This document shows positions 22,676 to 37,027 of a DNA stretch of 64,000 nucleotides, piece by piece. The position numbers and the translations under genes were made by a program. Within the stretch, counting starts at the first letter, position 1. Every line of letters begins with the position of its first letter. Where the stretch lies: assembly GCA_030141605.1 (NCBI GenBank), contig JAQGDQ010000070.1, forward strand, positions 1 through 64,000. Reading direction: 5' to 3'. The DNA is from Tubiluchus corallicola (Eukaryota > Animalia > Priapulida). The notes under the pieces were generated by a model, which ran no database searches, was not told the DNA's origin, and saw nothing but the letters and a program-made list of their open reading frames with translations.

Positions 22676-24021
22676 CTAAAAAATTGGATCAAGCGTTAAT
22701 AATGCAACAGCAAGCATTAATTAATTGATCGAAGCTGTAAGCAACATTAACACAAATAGAAGAAAACACGGTAAAATAGTTTTACTGTAATAAACTAGTA
22801 ATATAAATAGAGCAGTCCGCAACTTTACATTTTCAGTTACATTAACTCTCGGCAAAGCAGAAATGGGGTACAAAAACTCCTCACGCGTGTTTATTTAGTT
22901 ATCATGATGCCGCCAGTACCTGTTCTATTCTGTGTTTAAATGGACATCTGTTTACTATAAGCAGATGTCATTTGACCACTTGTCCAGTACTTGCTTTGAT
23001 TATAACATTAATTACAACATAGCAGGATGCATTTTCACCCCAGTACTAGTAGTGCAATCGTATTGATGTTCTTGTTTATTTGGAATGGGCAACACAAGAA
23101 AAATAAACAAATGCTACATATTTTTGTAGCGCATGTTAGCTGGCTTTGAGATTTTCTATTGTTGAGGAATAATAGTCAATATTAGGCTTTGCAGGCCAAA
23201 TTAAGTAACGTAATGTGTAAATCACTAGTAAAAACGTGTTTTCTGACGACTTTTTTCTTAAAATTTTTCAGGTGAAAACTTGAAGCCAAACTAAATTTTC
23301 ACTATAATATAAACTTTATAACATAAAATCCTACTCTCGTTAACAACATTAAATCAATGTTTTTATAAACTTACTGTAAAACTTGCTTCTTTTGATTTTT
23401 AATCACTTCATTTGTTAGTGGTATTAAATTTGAAGAACCACCATTTTTTCGTTGCGAGATGAACAACGTAATGAGTACAGTTACGAGGTCACCAAAGGTC
23501 GGTAACCAAAGACGCTTTCTGCGCTAGGTACATCATCCTCGCTCACCTGCACCAAAGACGTGAAACATAGTGGTCTTCACGGCAATGCACATATTCGAAG
23601 TTCACCAGAAAAAGGCAAGTAATTTAATTTGTAAGTTTCTTTTGTGTAAAAATAACCATGAATTTTTTGTGTAATCATAATAATGCGTTAAAAAACCTCC
23701 AGTAACTGTTGGGGTTATATAGGTGCTTAATGCAGCTTTCATTAAAAAAGAAAATTAGACAGAGACATGAGGTAAAGTTTAGTGACCAACGAAAGCGTTG
23801 TCTTATCGCTTCTTCTGTATTTTATAAACGGGGTGTGTGACCAAATTGCCAGCATTTGTGCGAGCATGAAATATTTCCAATGGCGCTGGGTTAATTCTAT
23901 AATGGTTAGTCAGCAATTTTGTGCTGTTTTTTTCTATTCTGCAGCCCTTATTCCCAAGTGGTTTTCAATCCCGTGAGACCATTTTTGTAAAAAAAGAATA
24001 TATTGCAAAACCCTTCCATAC

Positions 24022-24120
24022 TTTTTGTGCATGGGTGCATCCTGCGCCATCTTTTTGTACTGGTCAATAATCTTTTCCTCCAGCTTTTCTTTCTGCTTCT
24101 TCAAATCGTTCACCTTGTCA
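24022..24120 (-). CDS. CCDC88: CCDC88 exon
   Basis: DKVNDLKKQKEKLEEKIIDQYKK resembles the conserved Girdin DKLNELRRQKEKLEEKIMDQYK; phase 2-2. Confidence 0.93.
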
Positions 24121-24279
24121 CTGAAAACAAAGAGAATTCTTTCAGAAATCTTGTAACTGTTGATGCCTCCAATGTTATTGATATCTCATTGTCAAACAAA
24201 GACATGCACAAAACCAATTGCTGGCTTCATCGACCGAGATTCGCATAATTTTCAGGAGTTGAATAGTAGAAATGCTCAC

Positions 24280-24425
24280 GCAAAAGCTCGCTGTTCCTCG
24301 TAAAACTGATCCTTGCTCTCCAGAGTCTGAAAGAGAAGGTCCTGATTCTGAGCAAGAAGAGCTGAGATGTGGTTCATCAGCGTCTTGTTCTCCTCTTCCA
24401 GTGTTGCGTTCATTTGCTGCAACAT
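24280..24425 (-). CDS. CCDC88: CCDC88 exon
   Basis: MLQQMNATLEEENKTL...LESKDQFYEEQRAF resembles Girdin LEEENRHL...MESKDLFHVEQRQY; GT-AG, phase 0-2. Confidence 0.93.
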
Positions 24426-25816
24426 CTGCAACATCAACAAGATATAAGAATCAAAGTAGCAATAAAAAGTTAAAGAACTTCTAATGGCATCAGTATTTTG
24501 TTTAATCAGTGTTGTACTATCAATGTTTCGTTCGATATGCAATCACCTTGTGATAGTAAACTGCACACATTTTATGATACCAACACGCTACCTGTTTGTT
24601 TATATGAATTCAACTTCAATTAAATAGACAAAAAATTTAACATGTGTTGTCATGGTCATGCAGCTGTGACCGACTAATGCTGACTAAAACTTAACTTCTG
24701 CTGCTCACCATTAAAAAGTGAATTTAGAATTTGAAATAATGCCTTCGAGCTAGCGGTGTCTAAAAATATCTTAATAAAATTTACTCATAAATTTTTTTAA
24801 ATTCAAGTGTGCACACTGCAAGCCATAATCCACTGGTAGAGTCTACTCAATGTAGGCCTATCTCAACTACGAAGGATGACCCCCTGAGATACGTGGAGGT
24901 GTCACAAAGCTAGGTCAATTGTAGCTGTGCAATCTAACACGAGTTTGGTGGGAAAACAATTCAAACAAACTAATTAGGCAAGATGCAGCTCATTCCTAGT
25001 ACTAAAAAGAAATTAAATGAAGAGTTTATTATGGTATTACTGAATGTAATGCGTGAGTTTAATAAATACAAAAATGCAACATAAAAATGAATTTGTTCTG
25101 AATGGCAAGGACAAAGATAATAGTGATGATGATGATGATAGACAGAAATTTATTTTTTACATGGATACATTAACATTGCATGTAAACAATACTCCCATAA
25201 TGGTCCATGCAGTCAGAAAAGTTAAGAGACAGTTTAAATAAGTAAATTATACACTTAAATTACACTTTACAATAGCATACATTAAAATAATGAGAATAAA
25301 TTACGATTAAATTTAACAGTTCGAAATTTTTTTCAGTTACATTAGGTAAATTACACAATAAGAAGTACGTGTTATTATATAAAATAAAAATACGGAAAAT
25401 AATTTAAACCATGACATATTAAAACACAAAGTTACACTAGGTTTTATACGTAACTACATTTAAACAAATTATACTGTCCTTTAAATTTAAAAATAATGAA
25501 TGCACAAAAAATTTATAAATCAGAATCATTTAGAAAAATATAGGACTATTTCGAAAAATTATAAAATCGGTTGAACCTGTGCTCTTTGCAAAAAAGCGTT
25601 TATAAATGAAGTGTTTCTTAACTGTCTATAGCTGGCTTTAAACCTTAGTTTTCCATCTATCTTACTGAAATAGACTAAACTACACACGAAGTAGTAAAAG
25701 TTTTTTCTACTTTAGACACCATAAATATTATATAGTGGATGCTGCGCAAGCAGAACTGTTTTATTAAATGAAATTATCTATCATCAACCACGTAAATTAT
25801 GATCAAGTTGTCTCAC

Positions 25817-25954
25817 CTCGCATCTGTTTGTAGTTTTTGCCAGGTCAACGTCAAGTGCATTAGCGTGATCTCGACACTCGGCCAGATCACCCTGTATCTC
25901 AGTGTGCCGTAATTTCATAGAGTTATTTTCTGACTTGAGATTCTTATATTCGGC
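25817..25954 (-). CDS. CCDC88: CCDC88 exon
   Basis: AEYKNLKSENNSMKL...TTNRCE; 138 nt, phase 0-0. Confidence 0.9.
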
Positions 25955-26105
25955 CTGTTGTAAATAAAATAAGGAATGTGTCAAGCATTCAGCAGTAAGG
26001 CAACCTGAGTAACCAGCAAGAAATTATACTCTTGTAGCACATGCGAGTTACAAGCAAATATCTGTTAGGCAATTTGTATGTTTCAAAACTTTGCAAGACT
26101 TTCAA

Positions 26106-26758
26106 AGGACAAGAAAAGGGGTAACTGAAGCAGGTTTCAGAAAAATCGCCTTAAAAAATTATATTACTTTATAGCAATTTTATGCATATAACGTACTCGC
26201 GTTGAAAGAATTTTTTGTTTGTTTTCATTTTAAATTACCCGCAATACTGTACCGAATGAGCCATTGCATGACGTCACCTACTCAGGGGATAAAAAGGAAA
26301 TGTTAAACTATGCCCCCAAAAAATTTCCGTGCAAATCTATATTACTTAGCATTTCGCTTAGCTGCTTGAAACAGTTATGTAACTAGAAATAATGCTTTAA
26401 AATATTTGTGCCAATTGGTAAAATGTCACTGGCTCACCCTCCACTCACTGACCAGAAACGTATTTTTAATGTTATTGACAAGATACAGTAATTTAAAAAT
26501 TTTACTAAACTAGTAACATGTGTGCTACGAATGCTCATATTATTTTTTCAAACTTCACGCATTGTTATCTAAACTTGTTTCAAATGACCTACCATTAAAA
26601 CTGCTGCACCTAATGGTCATCACAGGAGTTTAAATTTACAATTTTATATAGTGTTATTGCCAATGCAAATCCTGCATTCAAAAAAACAGTATGTAAATGG
26701 TATAAAAATTCAAGATGGGTTTTTTAAGCTTTATGAGAGTGGAGGATTTTCTTTTGCT
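26106..26758 (+). mobile_element. TTAA-type non-autonomous DNA transposon, family 2 copy A
   Basis: Left end tcaa|AGGACAAGAAAA, right end TTTTCTTTTGCT|ttaa. The 3' ~230 bp are homologous to ~52840-53071. Confidence 0.6.
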
Positions 26759-26989
26759 TTAAATAATTAAAGTTATTACTAATTACCTGAGCTAGCAAAA
26801 ATCAGAACACCTCCAGACAACAGTTTGGAATGCATTAAAATTGCCACATTAGTAACTTGATTATTTGTAAATTGCGTAATTCGTCTGTTTTTGCTTTTCA
26901 TAAAACAAGCATACAGACTTATAAAAGGGTTAAATGTCAAAGGTCTTGAAAGGGTTAAATGTCAAAGCTCTTGAAAATATAGCAACTGA

Positions 26990-27162
26990 ACTTAAAAATG
27001 AAAATTAACAGCCGGCACACAATTAAGCAAAGACGTGACTTTTCAGACACAACCGACTGAACATGTCCTTAACTGTGTGGAAAAATTGCAGATGTTTGTG
27101 TCTGAATAAAAGCCACGTCTTTGCTTAAGTGGGTGCTGGCTGTTGTTTTTATTTTAACAATT
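26990..27162. repeat. Foldback/inverted repeat (MITE-like hairpin)
   Basis: aacagccggcacacaattaagcaaagacgtgacttttcagacacaa pairs with ttgtgtctgaataaaagccacgtctttgcttaagtgggtgctggctgtt around a ~30-nt loop. Confidence 0.8.
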
Positions 27163-27455
27163 CGCTTTCCCCATCACCAATCAATTGAATATAAATTTTT
27201 TTTACAGGTTAAATAAAATTGAGTTAGAAGTAGAACTTTTTTGTTACACCAGTTGCAGATGTAAAAATTTTCACATTAAAAGATTAAAAATATTTCTAAT
27301 TACTGAAATAACAGCAGTTTTCTGAAAAATACACTTTAAAAATGCCGAAATTACAAACAAACTTTTCGCAACAATCAAATATTTGAATTACGAATACATA
27401 AGGTTTAACCGCACTTGCATTTCATGCAGTCACCTTTGCAGTAACGGTCACTTAC

Positions 27456-27629
27456 CAACAAATCATTGTAATCAGTCTTCACTTTGTCGTATCCGTGCTG
27501 CAATGCCGTGTTGGATTCACGAAGGTTGTTGTAATCTAGGTGTAAACTGCTCATTGATTTATAGTCAGACTTTAACGTCTCACGTTCATTTGAAAGTGTT
27601 GTACGAATGCTATCAATTTCTGCCTTTTC
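27456..27629 (-). CDS. CCDC88: CCDC88 exon (missed by the ORF track)
   Basis: ttacag|GAAAAGGCA...GATTTGTTG|gtaagt; 174 nt, open: EKAEIDSIRTTLSNERETLKSDYKSMSSLHLDYNNLRESNTALQHGYDKVKTDYNDLL. Fills the expected coiled-coil gap. Confidence 0.88.
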
Positions 27630-29296
27630 CTGTAATTTAAAGAAACTTCATGAATGTGAAATTTCTGGGATAACAGACGTTAACATAAAGATATATATCG
27701 ATAAGAAACATGACAAGTAAGTAAGAAATTATTATACTATTATAACTCTTTTATTAACCTTTTTTGCAGGTATACAAGGAATCATTTCAATCTAATACAT
27801 CCAAAAGAAATACAATTATACATTATGGCATAGGTAAAAAAAAGTTAAAAAAAGTCATACAAAAAGACATTAGGAATAATTGTAGACAATGGTAAGAAAA
27901 AGTTGACACACTATAAGCAGATGTTGTTTGTACATATAATACAAGAAAAAAAAATTACACAAAATACAACAGCCACTTACAAGCTATGTGAATAATCACA
28001 ACTAGAACTAGTACTAACTATGATTCAGAAAACTTGCCCATATTTATGTTAAGCTTACTCTGCATCGTTATAATTCTAACAAAATGTAGAAACTCATGTA
28101 TCTTACTGTTTTTTACACAATGTATACACTCAACTAACCCAAAGTAATAAAAACTACATTAGATTTTTATAAATAACATCTTTCACCACTTGTATAAATT
28201 TATCGCAAACTAATGCCTTTCTTTTAAACTAAATCACTCTTAATTCCCGGTTGGACAGAACATCGATAGGATTTTTTCTGGCTTCTTGGTCAACTAAACT
28301 ACAATTAAAGAGTAGATGGTAAGTAAGAAACATAGGCTATGTTTAACAAAGAGTTAAATTTAGTTATGATAAATTAAAAATTGCTAACACAAAAAGATAT
28401 GACAAACCAATGACACAACAGTGCCTAGTTTTTTGTTAGATTACTGCTGTGTTTACCTGTGTTGAGGGCAGATTTCTTTTATTTTAGAATGCTGCCCGCC
28501 CAATTTCTTCAACAGACGTAATGGGCATATGATGATGACAATCGATGTCATATAAGACAAACGTTTTTCAAAAGTGACCAACCCTAGTGATACAAGTCGT
28601 TCAACTGTATCACGTTATCATACCAATTTGTAGTCTATTTAATCAAAGATTTATGTCAAATTTACTGAGATGCCGGAAACACACACAATGTTCATCCAAT
28701 CAAATTCACCTTAAATTTCAAAATGAAGCTGAAGCAAAGAATTTTTAAACAGCAGATTATCGAATTTTGAAATTATATCCAACTGAACAGAAAAAAAACG
28801 TAAAAAATGTGTGTGCCTTTAAGGAAAATTTGATATCAGAATCTAAAAACCATGGGGTCTTTTTAGCACTAGTTAATAATCTTGATATCAGGAAAATAAA
28901 AAAAAACAATGATCTTTACACGGTTGAAAATTTGTTACATTTGTTAGAGTCCGCAGAGAGAGTTACCACTAGCAACGTAACATCAAAGAAAATTGCTTTA
29001 TAGAATGACAGGCATAAGTTTTTAAAAAATACAGGTTATTACTGATTACTGACTTACACCATGCCACTGTTCCTGGTACAATGTTGTAAACCAAAAACAA
29101 CATCAGTAGGTTTGCTCGAATAAATTAATTTTCTTGAAGGAAAAGTTATTCTGCAGTAATACCTCGTACAACTGATGACCATCTCGTTGTGTTCAAGTAT
29201 GTTATGTTTTGTTATGTTATGTTATGTTATATTTAGCAAATGCCAGGATGCTCATAAAGGCTATGCTCGACATAATCTATGATGCAGAATTCTTAC

Positions 29297-29593
29297 CTTT
29301 ACTAACTCTTCGTATTTCTTCTTCAGTTCCTTGAAGTCGCTCTTCAGTTGCTTGTGAGCAGTTTTGAACGTCCCGTGCTGGTTCACCAACAGCTCGTGTT
29401 CGTTCGTCAGCTGTGTGTGCAACTGCTGCAAGGTGGCGTTGTCGGCGAGCAGCGTGCCGTGCGTTCCCTTCAGTTCCTCCAGCTGGTGCAAGAGCTTCTC
29501 TTTTTCGCTCTCCAGCTGTGAGTTCTGCTGTTGGAGGGCTTCGTGCTGACTTTGCAGCGACGACAGCTGACTTTGAAGCGTCGTGTTCTCTAC
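29297..29593 (-). CDS. CCDC88: CCDC88 exon
   Basis: VENTTLQSQLSSL...KKKYEELVK; 297 nt, phase 0-0; coiled coil. Confidence 0.93.
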
Positions 29594-30385
29594 CTGTATC
29601 AAAACAGCACATTCAGTAAATACAGCTCCTTGTTTGTATTTTGAGCTTAGCCAATGAGGCAAAAAGTTAATTCATAAAAAAACTAGTTTATAAATTCCAC
29701 ACTGTGACTATAACATATTAGGAAAAATACATGGCAATGAGGTTTCCTTATGTATCCTATGTGACAATGTATCCTATCTTCTGACGGCTAGCGTATAATT
29801 TTCATACATTAGTTACATCTACTGAAAAGCAATCACGAACAACACACCGAAAGTCTAGGATTCAACAACAAAAAATATGTTAAATAATAAATTGAATACT
29901 GCAACATCAGATACGTGGCAGTCTAGAATCTTCTACTTCCGAAAGTACGTATGTTATGCAGGAATAAGTTTGGGACCATCATTCGTTAACATGTAATTAA
30001 TTGCTTTCCATAAAATAGTAAGTGGTGCATAACAGGTTATATTACGGCTCGGTTTCAGTAGTTTTTGCACTTAGAAGACAATAATTTACAATTGCCTATC
30101 CCTCATCTGGCAGACAAGATTAGCAAAAGTGACTCATCTGGCAATGTAAAAGTTATAACAATATAGAGAAAGACATGACATGCAAGCAACAAATAGGGGA
30201 TAAGTTATCGTGATGATTGCCATAGAGCTTGAGTTGAAGACTGTAACCAGTAATCACATCTGCAGATCACAACATTGATATCTCAGCACAGTAAGCTCAG
30301 AATCTACTTACAACTTAAATTTTTAAGCATCATTTTTGGTAAACTTTGCTCAAGGAAGTAACCAAAAAAGCACTTTAGCATTTAC

Positions 30386-30493
30386 CTGTAGCGTTGCCAT
30401 GTTGGACTGCAACTGTGGCAGTGCCTTTGTCTGTTCTTCCATCACAGTGATCTTTTGTGCCAGATTAGTCTTCTCCTCGACCAAAACTGCATT
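30386..30493 (-). CDS. CCDC88: CCDC88 exon
   Basis: tttag|AATGCA...CTACAG|gtaaat; NAVLVEEKTNLAQKITVMEEQTKALPQLQSNMATLQ. Confidence 0.88.
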
Positions 30494-31200
30494 CTAAAAT
30501 AGCATCATAAAGAAACACATCAAATGATGGACAGTGAAATAGTGAAAAGTACAACAGCGAATATAGCCAAATACAAGACAACCATGGTTGAATTCTTGTC
30601 GCGACCCAAAAGCAGGAGTCATGAACTACCTATGGGGGAGGGGTTTGGGAGCACAGTAAACTCCCCGAGCGGGGTTGGGGGGTGGAGACCGATGCATTTC
30701 CCTGTAATTTAGACATTTTATGAGGCTTTTCAGAAACATAAACCAACAAATTTAAGACACGTGCCACTTTGATAGTACAAACTTAAAAAATCTAAAAAAT
30801 CTATACAAATCTAAAAAAACCCTAAAAGTCTAAAACATAAAAACAGTACAACTATTTTTGCAGTTCCGTCTCAGTCAGTCCTAGTACACTTCTCACATTT
30901 TACGGGGCTTATGGAGATAGCTTTTAGCTATCAAATTATTAAGAACTTTATATTATGTGAATTAATGCTAAATCTTCTCTACCATGCCTTTTCCGTTTTT
31001 ACAAACTTTTCAATGCGATTGTCAAAATCAGGAAATTTCAGAACTATCCGACTGAACAACGGGTCCAGGTTGAATTTCAGGAGACTACGTGCCAAACCAG
31101 CTTGAATAAAAAAGCACAATCATAGATCACGCAAGCTTAACAAAACTGACGTAACAAAAGTTACTCACAATTGCTGTAGTTAAGTAAGATAGTAAATTAC

Positions 31201-31306
31201 ATTTTTCTTAACGTCGGCAAGGTTATCTTTCAGCTGGACGATTTCTGCAGTCAGGTTGGCGGCCATCTTAGTGGCTTCTGTGTTGTCGGCTCTTGCAGGT
31301 GCCATG
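31201..31306 (-). CDS. CCDC88: CCDC88 exon
   Basis: ttcag|CATGGCA...AAAAAT|gtaatt; phase 2-0; MAPARADNTEATKMAANLTAEIVQLKDNLADVKKN. Confidence 0.85.
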
Positions 31307-31993
31307 CTGAAACCACACAGAACTCGACTGAAAAATGCAAGTTAGGGAAGAGAAAATGTTAGTAGCTACAACTACAGGGGTTAATTCTACTGAAACGATT
31401 AAAGGGTCAATTGTTGGTGACATCCACATTTATGAAGAACTAGAAAGTAAAAGTTTAGCAGATAGTGTTAGTCAGAAAGTGTGTGACAAAAAAACCCAGA
31501 ACAGTGAAATAAAGCTGTATGAAAGAGCTGCATAAAAGAAAGTTAAATACCAAAGCTGTCTATAGATGCACATAATTCTTTTACGTAACTAACTATTAAC
31601 TATTTAACAGCCAGCACAATACGTAACTATTGCCAAAATACACATGCAAAAAAGTAACTAACCAATGTGTATCTGGAGTTAATTACCAATCATAATTTTT
31701 AGTCATCTGATTTCATAATGGATGCATTAAAATAAGTGTTTGAGCACTGCTTAATACGACTTGCTACAATATAGCATACTAATAAATTATATATAATCAA
31801 TAACTCTATTAGCATGCAAGATACACGAGCGAATAATAAGTTTTTGGTTTTGCTATTATCTATAACATTATTATATCTAACGTATTTACACAATAAGCAC
31901 TAACACAAAAGATTAAATATCACCTGAACATCACTTCATTGTTTCACATTCTACCAAAACAACTTCACACAAAAGTCACTTGAACTTAATTAC

Positions 31994-32116
31994 CTTTCCG
32001 GGGCCCTCTCAATGGGCTTCTCGGCCGCTTGTCGCTGCTGCAGGGTTTCATGCTGGCACCTCAGTTGTGAAATGTTTTCCTGAAGCTTCTGGTTTCTACT
32101 ATTGTATTCCTCCAGC
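31994..32116 (-). CDS. CCDC88: CCDC88 exon
   Basis: LEEYNSRNQKLQENISQLRCQHETLQQRQ...; phase 2-2. Confidence 0.9.
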
Positions 32117-34377
32117 CTACAATGTATCAATGCAAAGTAACTAGTTGTGACTGTTATAATCAACGATTGCAAAAAACTTCACTTTTTTAGACACTTTAAG
32201 TGGTCAAATGTTTGATCTAGTGTTTTTGGAGAAGAAAAAATGATTAAAAAGAATAAAAAAAACCACTACCACAAGGTCAGCTCGTAGGTTAATTGCACAG
32301 TTCTCTATACATGATGCTTAGGACCTGTATTGTACTCAGATTATCATGAACAATCAGACATGCAGCTGATTTACACACAATCGAAAATGGAAACTTTGAT
32401 TTCCAGTTTTCCTTTTCAACCGATAATTAACATACACTTAACTCTAGAAATGGTGTTACTAATTAAATTAAATCTTTGTAAGCGGTAGACATATAGTTCG
32501 GCATTTGCAAGAATTTGTGCAAACGTTGCATTTATTAATCAGCAGAAAAGGATATTATAACTAGCTTATTAACCTTTTCATTATCGTCATGTTTTATTTC
32601 TAATTGTGTATTATATTATTATGTTTTTTTCTTTGCTTTATCTCCTATTAATAATTGTGACTTATAACATTTTTTTTAAATGCAGTACTTACGCATGTGT
32701 ACAATTACGTTCATAATAAAACAATGTTAATTTAAGTAATAAGTAAGAAATGTTTGTTGAAAGTTTTAGTTTCTTCTAAATTAAATAAATAAAATCTAGT
32801 TTCGATAAAAAAATGTTAATAACTGAACAAATCTATAACTTTTTGATGCAAGAATTACAAAGATGTTCTGTCTTGAAAAGTTCCAATGAATGGTGAAATT
32901 TAAGAACGCGGTAAACTTATACACTACCTATGGATCGATACACCAAGTCTTGCAAAAAGATATTCAACCATAGTATGCAACAACACAGCAACTAATACTG
33001 CAATTACTTTGGAGTCAGACTGAACAGTGAAACATTCTACTACCTGCTGCGTCTTCAGTCACAACTGTATCTGATTTCAATGGCTATTTTAAAATTTTAT
33101 GATTCATATACTTGTTTTTAAATATTTTAATTATAATCTCTTTCTGTTTAACGCACAGCATCTGTTTCAAGGTTATATATCAATGCAGTTCAAACACTTC
33201 GAAACTTCAAAATTAACTTTGGAAAGAATTTAAATTTGCTGACAATTTTTACTCTTTTTTTCTGTAGGCAGTACCAAAAATGAAATTGTTCTCGGCCTTC
33301 TTCACAATCCAACATTCATGTTATGGCGCAACAATGCGCCACCGCTTATTGTCTCGCGGTCAAATGACCGATTCCAAGTATCAACGTGTTGTTTTGCTAC
33401 ACAATAGAGTTACATTGTGCATCGGTTGTTAGTACTTACTTGCAACTCATATGCAAAGCTTTAAACTACTCTTTTTGAATTTTATGACACGATAAAGAGA
33501 ACAAAACTTCGTAATTTTCGAACGAATTTTCTACAAGATTGTAGGTCGAACATTTTGATCATTTCAAGTGCCACTTAACGTGAACCGCATTAAATAATTA
33601 CCACCACCTATGGAAAGAACATGTAGTTTAAAGTAATGGCTGTCATAAACTGCTCAGCATAACCATTATTGGCGGCAACGGTACTTATTGCTCTTTCAAC
33701 CCATAAATCTATTCCACAATCTATATGCTACGCACATCTATGTTTTTTCTGACTCGCCGACATGTCAAAATAACAGGTTTTGTTCGTCTCATTAAAACAG
33801 CAGGTTTTCACTGAGATCATTTCGGTAGACAATTTTATGGCTTTCCTTTGTTTGACCACAGTCGCCACAGACATGAATACAGTTTGGAAATACTGCAAGT
33901 CAGTAATGTGGATGGTTGTGGAGAGACTGGAATCTCTGCCATCATTAAGGCACAGATACTGAACCAACAGATTCACCTTGCCAATAGACTTGACCAACTA
34001 AAATCAGTGCGGTCAATGAAACCAATCAAAGTAAGCACTGAATGCAGTCACCTCACCGCTTACTGACTAGTTTTAGTGTTGATTAATTTCGATCGTGAAC
34101 CACAAGTACACTGAAATCCTCAAGTTTACTATTTGGAGACGGCTTAAGAAAACGGATATAATACACTTGCCAATGCCATAGCTTGAGTTAACATGAATGT
34201 TAAAGCAGTAGTTTTCAACTACATCAAGCTACAAATGGTTGTCAGACTCACTAAATAAGAAATCTCATATCTCACAGAATTCATACTTCATTAAACTTCA
34301 CAGTTTCAGCTTAGAAAGGAAAAACCTTTTTCTAAAATTCATTTGGAAATTGCCAATCTTTTCTCTTGCCAACTCAC

Positions 34378-34467
34378 CGTTTCTCCAAAGCATTTATCTT
34401 CTCCTGCTTTATCTCCAGGCTCTTCTTTAAAGCATCTTCCATCATGTTTTCCAGCGCCTTGTAGCGG
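34378..34467 (-). CDS. CCDC88: CCDC88 exon
   Basis: RYKALENMMEDALKKSLEIKQEKINALEKR resembles Girdin LKKSLEIKEEKIAALEARL; phase 2-2. Confidence 0.92.
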
Positions 34468-34657
34468 CTAGAAAAACAACAACTGACTTAATGAACTAAC
34501 TTTGAACTGCACATTTACTGTGTCTGTAGCTTTAATTATGTGCTAGAGCTGGACATTAAACTGAGGAATAAATATTGTCTAGAAATATATAAAAAAATCA
34601 TGCAACAGTAAACCTTCTTTAAACTTTTAATATACTATGTACGTTTAATATACTTAC

Positions 34658-34785
34658 TTCTCATCTTGCATGTGCTCGGCAGCTACAAGTTTCTCCTTGT
34701 CCACTCCTATCCGTTCCAACTCCGAGTTGAGCTTTTCTAACTCGTTACTTAACTGTTGCGATTTTATCTTCTCGTTCACTAGATC
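34658..34785 (-). CDS. CCDC88: CCDC88 exon
   Basis: DLVNEKIKSQQLSNELEKLNSELERIGVDKEKL...; phase 0-2. Confidence 0.92.
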
Positions 34786-35094
34786 CTAAAATGTATGTGG
34801 CAAATCTGCAATTTCTTGCTTAAAACTTGAAACGCAAACATTATTTAGCTTTCTGTCAAGAATGATTTATAAAAGTCAAGTTAAGTGGTGTCGACTGGTC
34901 AGAAACTGCTGATATAGTTACAATGAGAAACACAAGGTTCCGGATTAAATCCAGGTATTTGGCTGGATTTCTTCAATATCTCTTTCCATTTCAGTTAAAT
35001 AACGTATATTTGGTACTAATTGGTGTGGACTAATGTTTAGATGATAGCAAAATTTGTTTCGGAATAAAATGAAAACAGAAAACAAAAGAAGTAC

Positions 35095-36288
35095 CTCTCT
35101 TAGCGTGGCCAAAGTTTTCTTATCTAAAGACAACTGTTGTATCAAATCTTTGTTTTCCTTTTCGATTTCCTTTAACCTAGTGACAGCATCGTTGTTTTTC
35201 TCCAACTGTTTAGCGTTCTTTTTTAGGTCTCGCTCAAGCTCCACTGTCTTGGCGCTAAGTTCGTCGATTGTAGATTCTTTTACCTCCAATGCATTCTTTA
35301 ACCGCACTGTCTCTTTCTCTAACGATTTCGCCTGCTTTTCCAGTATGCTGTTCTCATCCTCTAGCACACAGTTATACTTCTCCACTTCCTCGAGTTTTCG
35401 TGTCTGAAGTTTCAATGTCTCCAGTTCTTTGAGCAACTTTTGGTTCTCGTCACCGAGTTCGTTGTTTTCGTTTTCAACTTCTTCAACCTTGCGCGAAGAA
35501 GCCTCCATCATTTTTTGCAATTTGAGATTTTCATTTTCCAAGTCTATAAGCTTGATTTCCAACTGTTCGATCTGAGCACGATCGACAGTTGAACTCTCCA
35601 TGAGAGCCTTCAGTTTTTGGTTTTCCTGATTCAACAGTTCTTTATCTGTTTCTAAATTCACTATTTCACGATTAGCTTCCTTCATATTCTCAAGCGTCCG
35701 CGATAACTTTTGATTTTCCACGTTAAGTGTCACGTTTTCTTTTTCTAGTTTTTCGATCTTTTCACACATGCCTTTACTAGACGACACTGTTTTAGATAGT
35801 TTCCTATTATCTGCCTCCAATGCCAGATGCTCTTTTTCTAACTTATCAAATTTATCACAAGTGAGCTGTAACGTGGAAACTGTCTTTTGGAGATCGAGGT
35901 TGCGATTATCTAATTTCTCAACCTCCTTTTCAAGTTCATCAGCTCTGGACGCGCCATCTTTGAGTTCAAGATTTTGCTTCAGTAGCTGCTTCTTTTCGAA
36001 TTCGACATTCGATAAACGACTAGATAAATCTTTCACATTTTCATGTAAAACTTGGTTCTCTTTTTGTATGTCCTTTAGTCTAGCATCAGCATTTTTCTGA
36101 TTTCGCCGCCGCAATTTTTCTACGGTGTCCGACAACTGTTTCACTTCACTTTCGAATTCAGTCCGTTGCCTTTCGGCATTTTCTTTAACAGTTTCCAAAG
36201 TCTTATTCAAATCCTCTTTTTGTTTCTGCAAGTCTTGATGCTGATGCTCTAACTGGAAGAAGTTTTGTGACTCTTTGTTTGATGTTTC
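35095..36288 (-). CDS. CCDC88: CCDC88 large coiled-coil exon (1194 nt)
   Basis: 398 open codons of heptad repeats ending LDKKTLATLRE; ttcag| and |gtactt boundaries. Confidence 0.95.
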
Positions 36289-37027
36289 CTGAAAAGTGAG
36301 TTTTACTTTAGTACTTGTCCTAAATTATTGGTGCAAAAAAGTCTGTAAAGGTCGTCCATTGCAGTATATAGTGGAATTGTAAATGATTTTACACATGACA
36401 AGATTAGACACCACACTTTTTGTTCACGCAGTTCAATTTCTTATCTGTCGCCTTCAAAAACTAGCAAGATATTCAAAGTGAATAGCTTGTTGTAACAAAT
36501 TATTGCAAAACAACCTACATATTGCTTATACTTATTAAAAATATAAATGTGTTCAAACTAATAGTACACAGAGTTTTAAGGTCATCACTGAACTACTTGT
36601 TAAATTGGCACATTTTAGTTTAATTTTCTAAACCAGCATTATACATGGGATTAAAATTTAAAATAACACCAGTTGAACCATTAATGCAACATTGTCAATG
36701 AACTTGAAGATATACGCCATTTTTACAACAAAAATATTAATATTAACATCTTGTTAACTTCTGTCTGTTATTGCACACGTTGGCATCTTGATGGGAAATA
36801 TTACATAATGTTTCATATATTTTTTTAATGTGCTCATAATAAAAATTAAAAAAAATATTGTTGCATTTTCTTCCTTTCTAAACTTTCTAAACTTCTAAAC
36901 TTTACAGCATTTTACAATACACATCACCAGCAAAATCTAAAATAAAATTTCTTGCAAATATCACATATTGTGTAGCCCATGTACCCCAAATGACATGATA
37001 TTCGACACCGACTGGTTAAAATATTAC

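Noticed and set aside
27750-28320. Possible non-LTR retrotransposon 3' remnant (HLLFNC on the minus strand)
   Set aside because: Only a six-residue motif in degenerate sequence; too weak to call.
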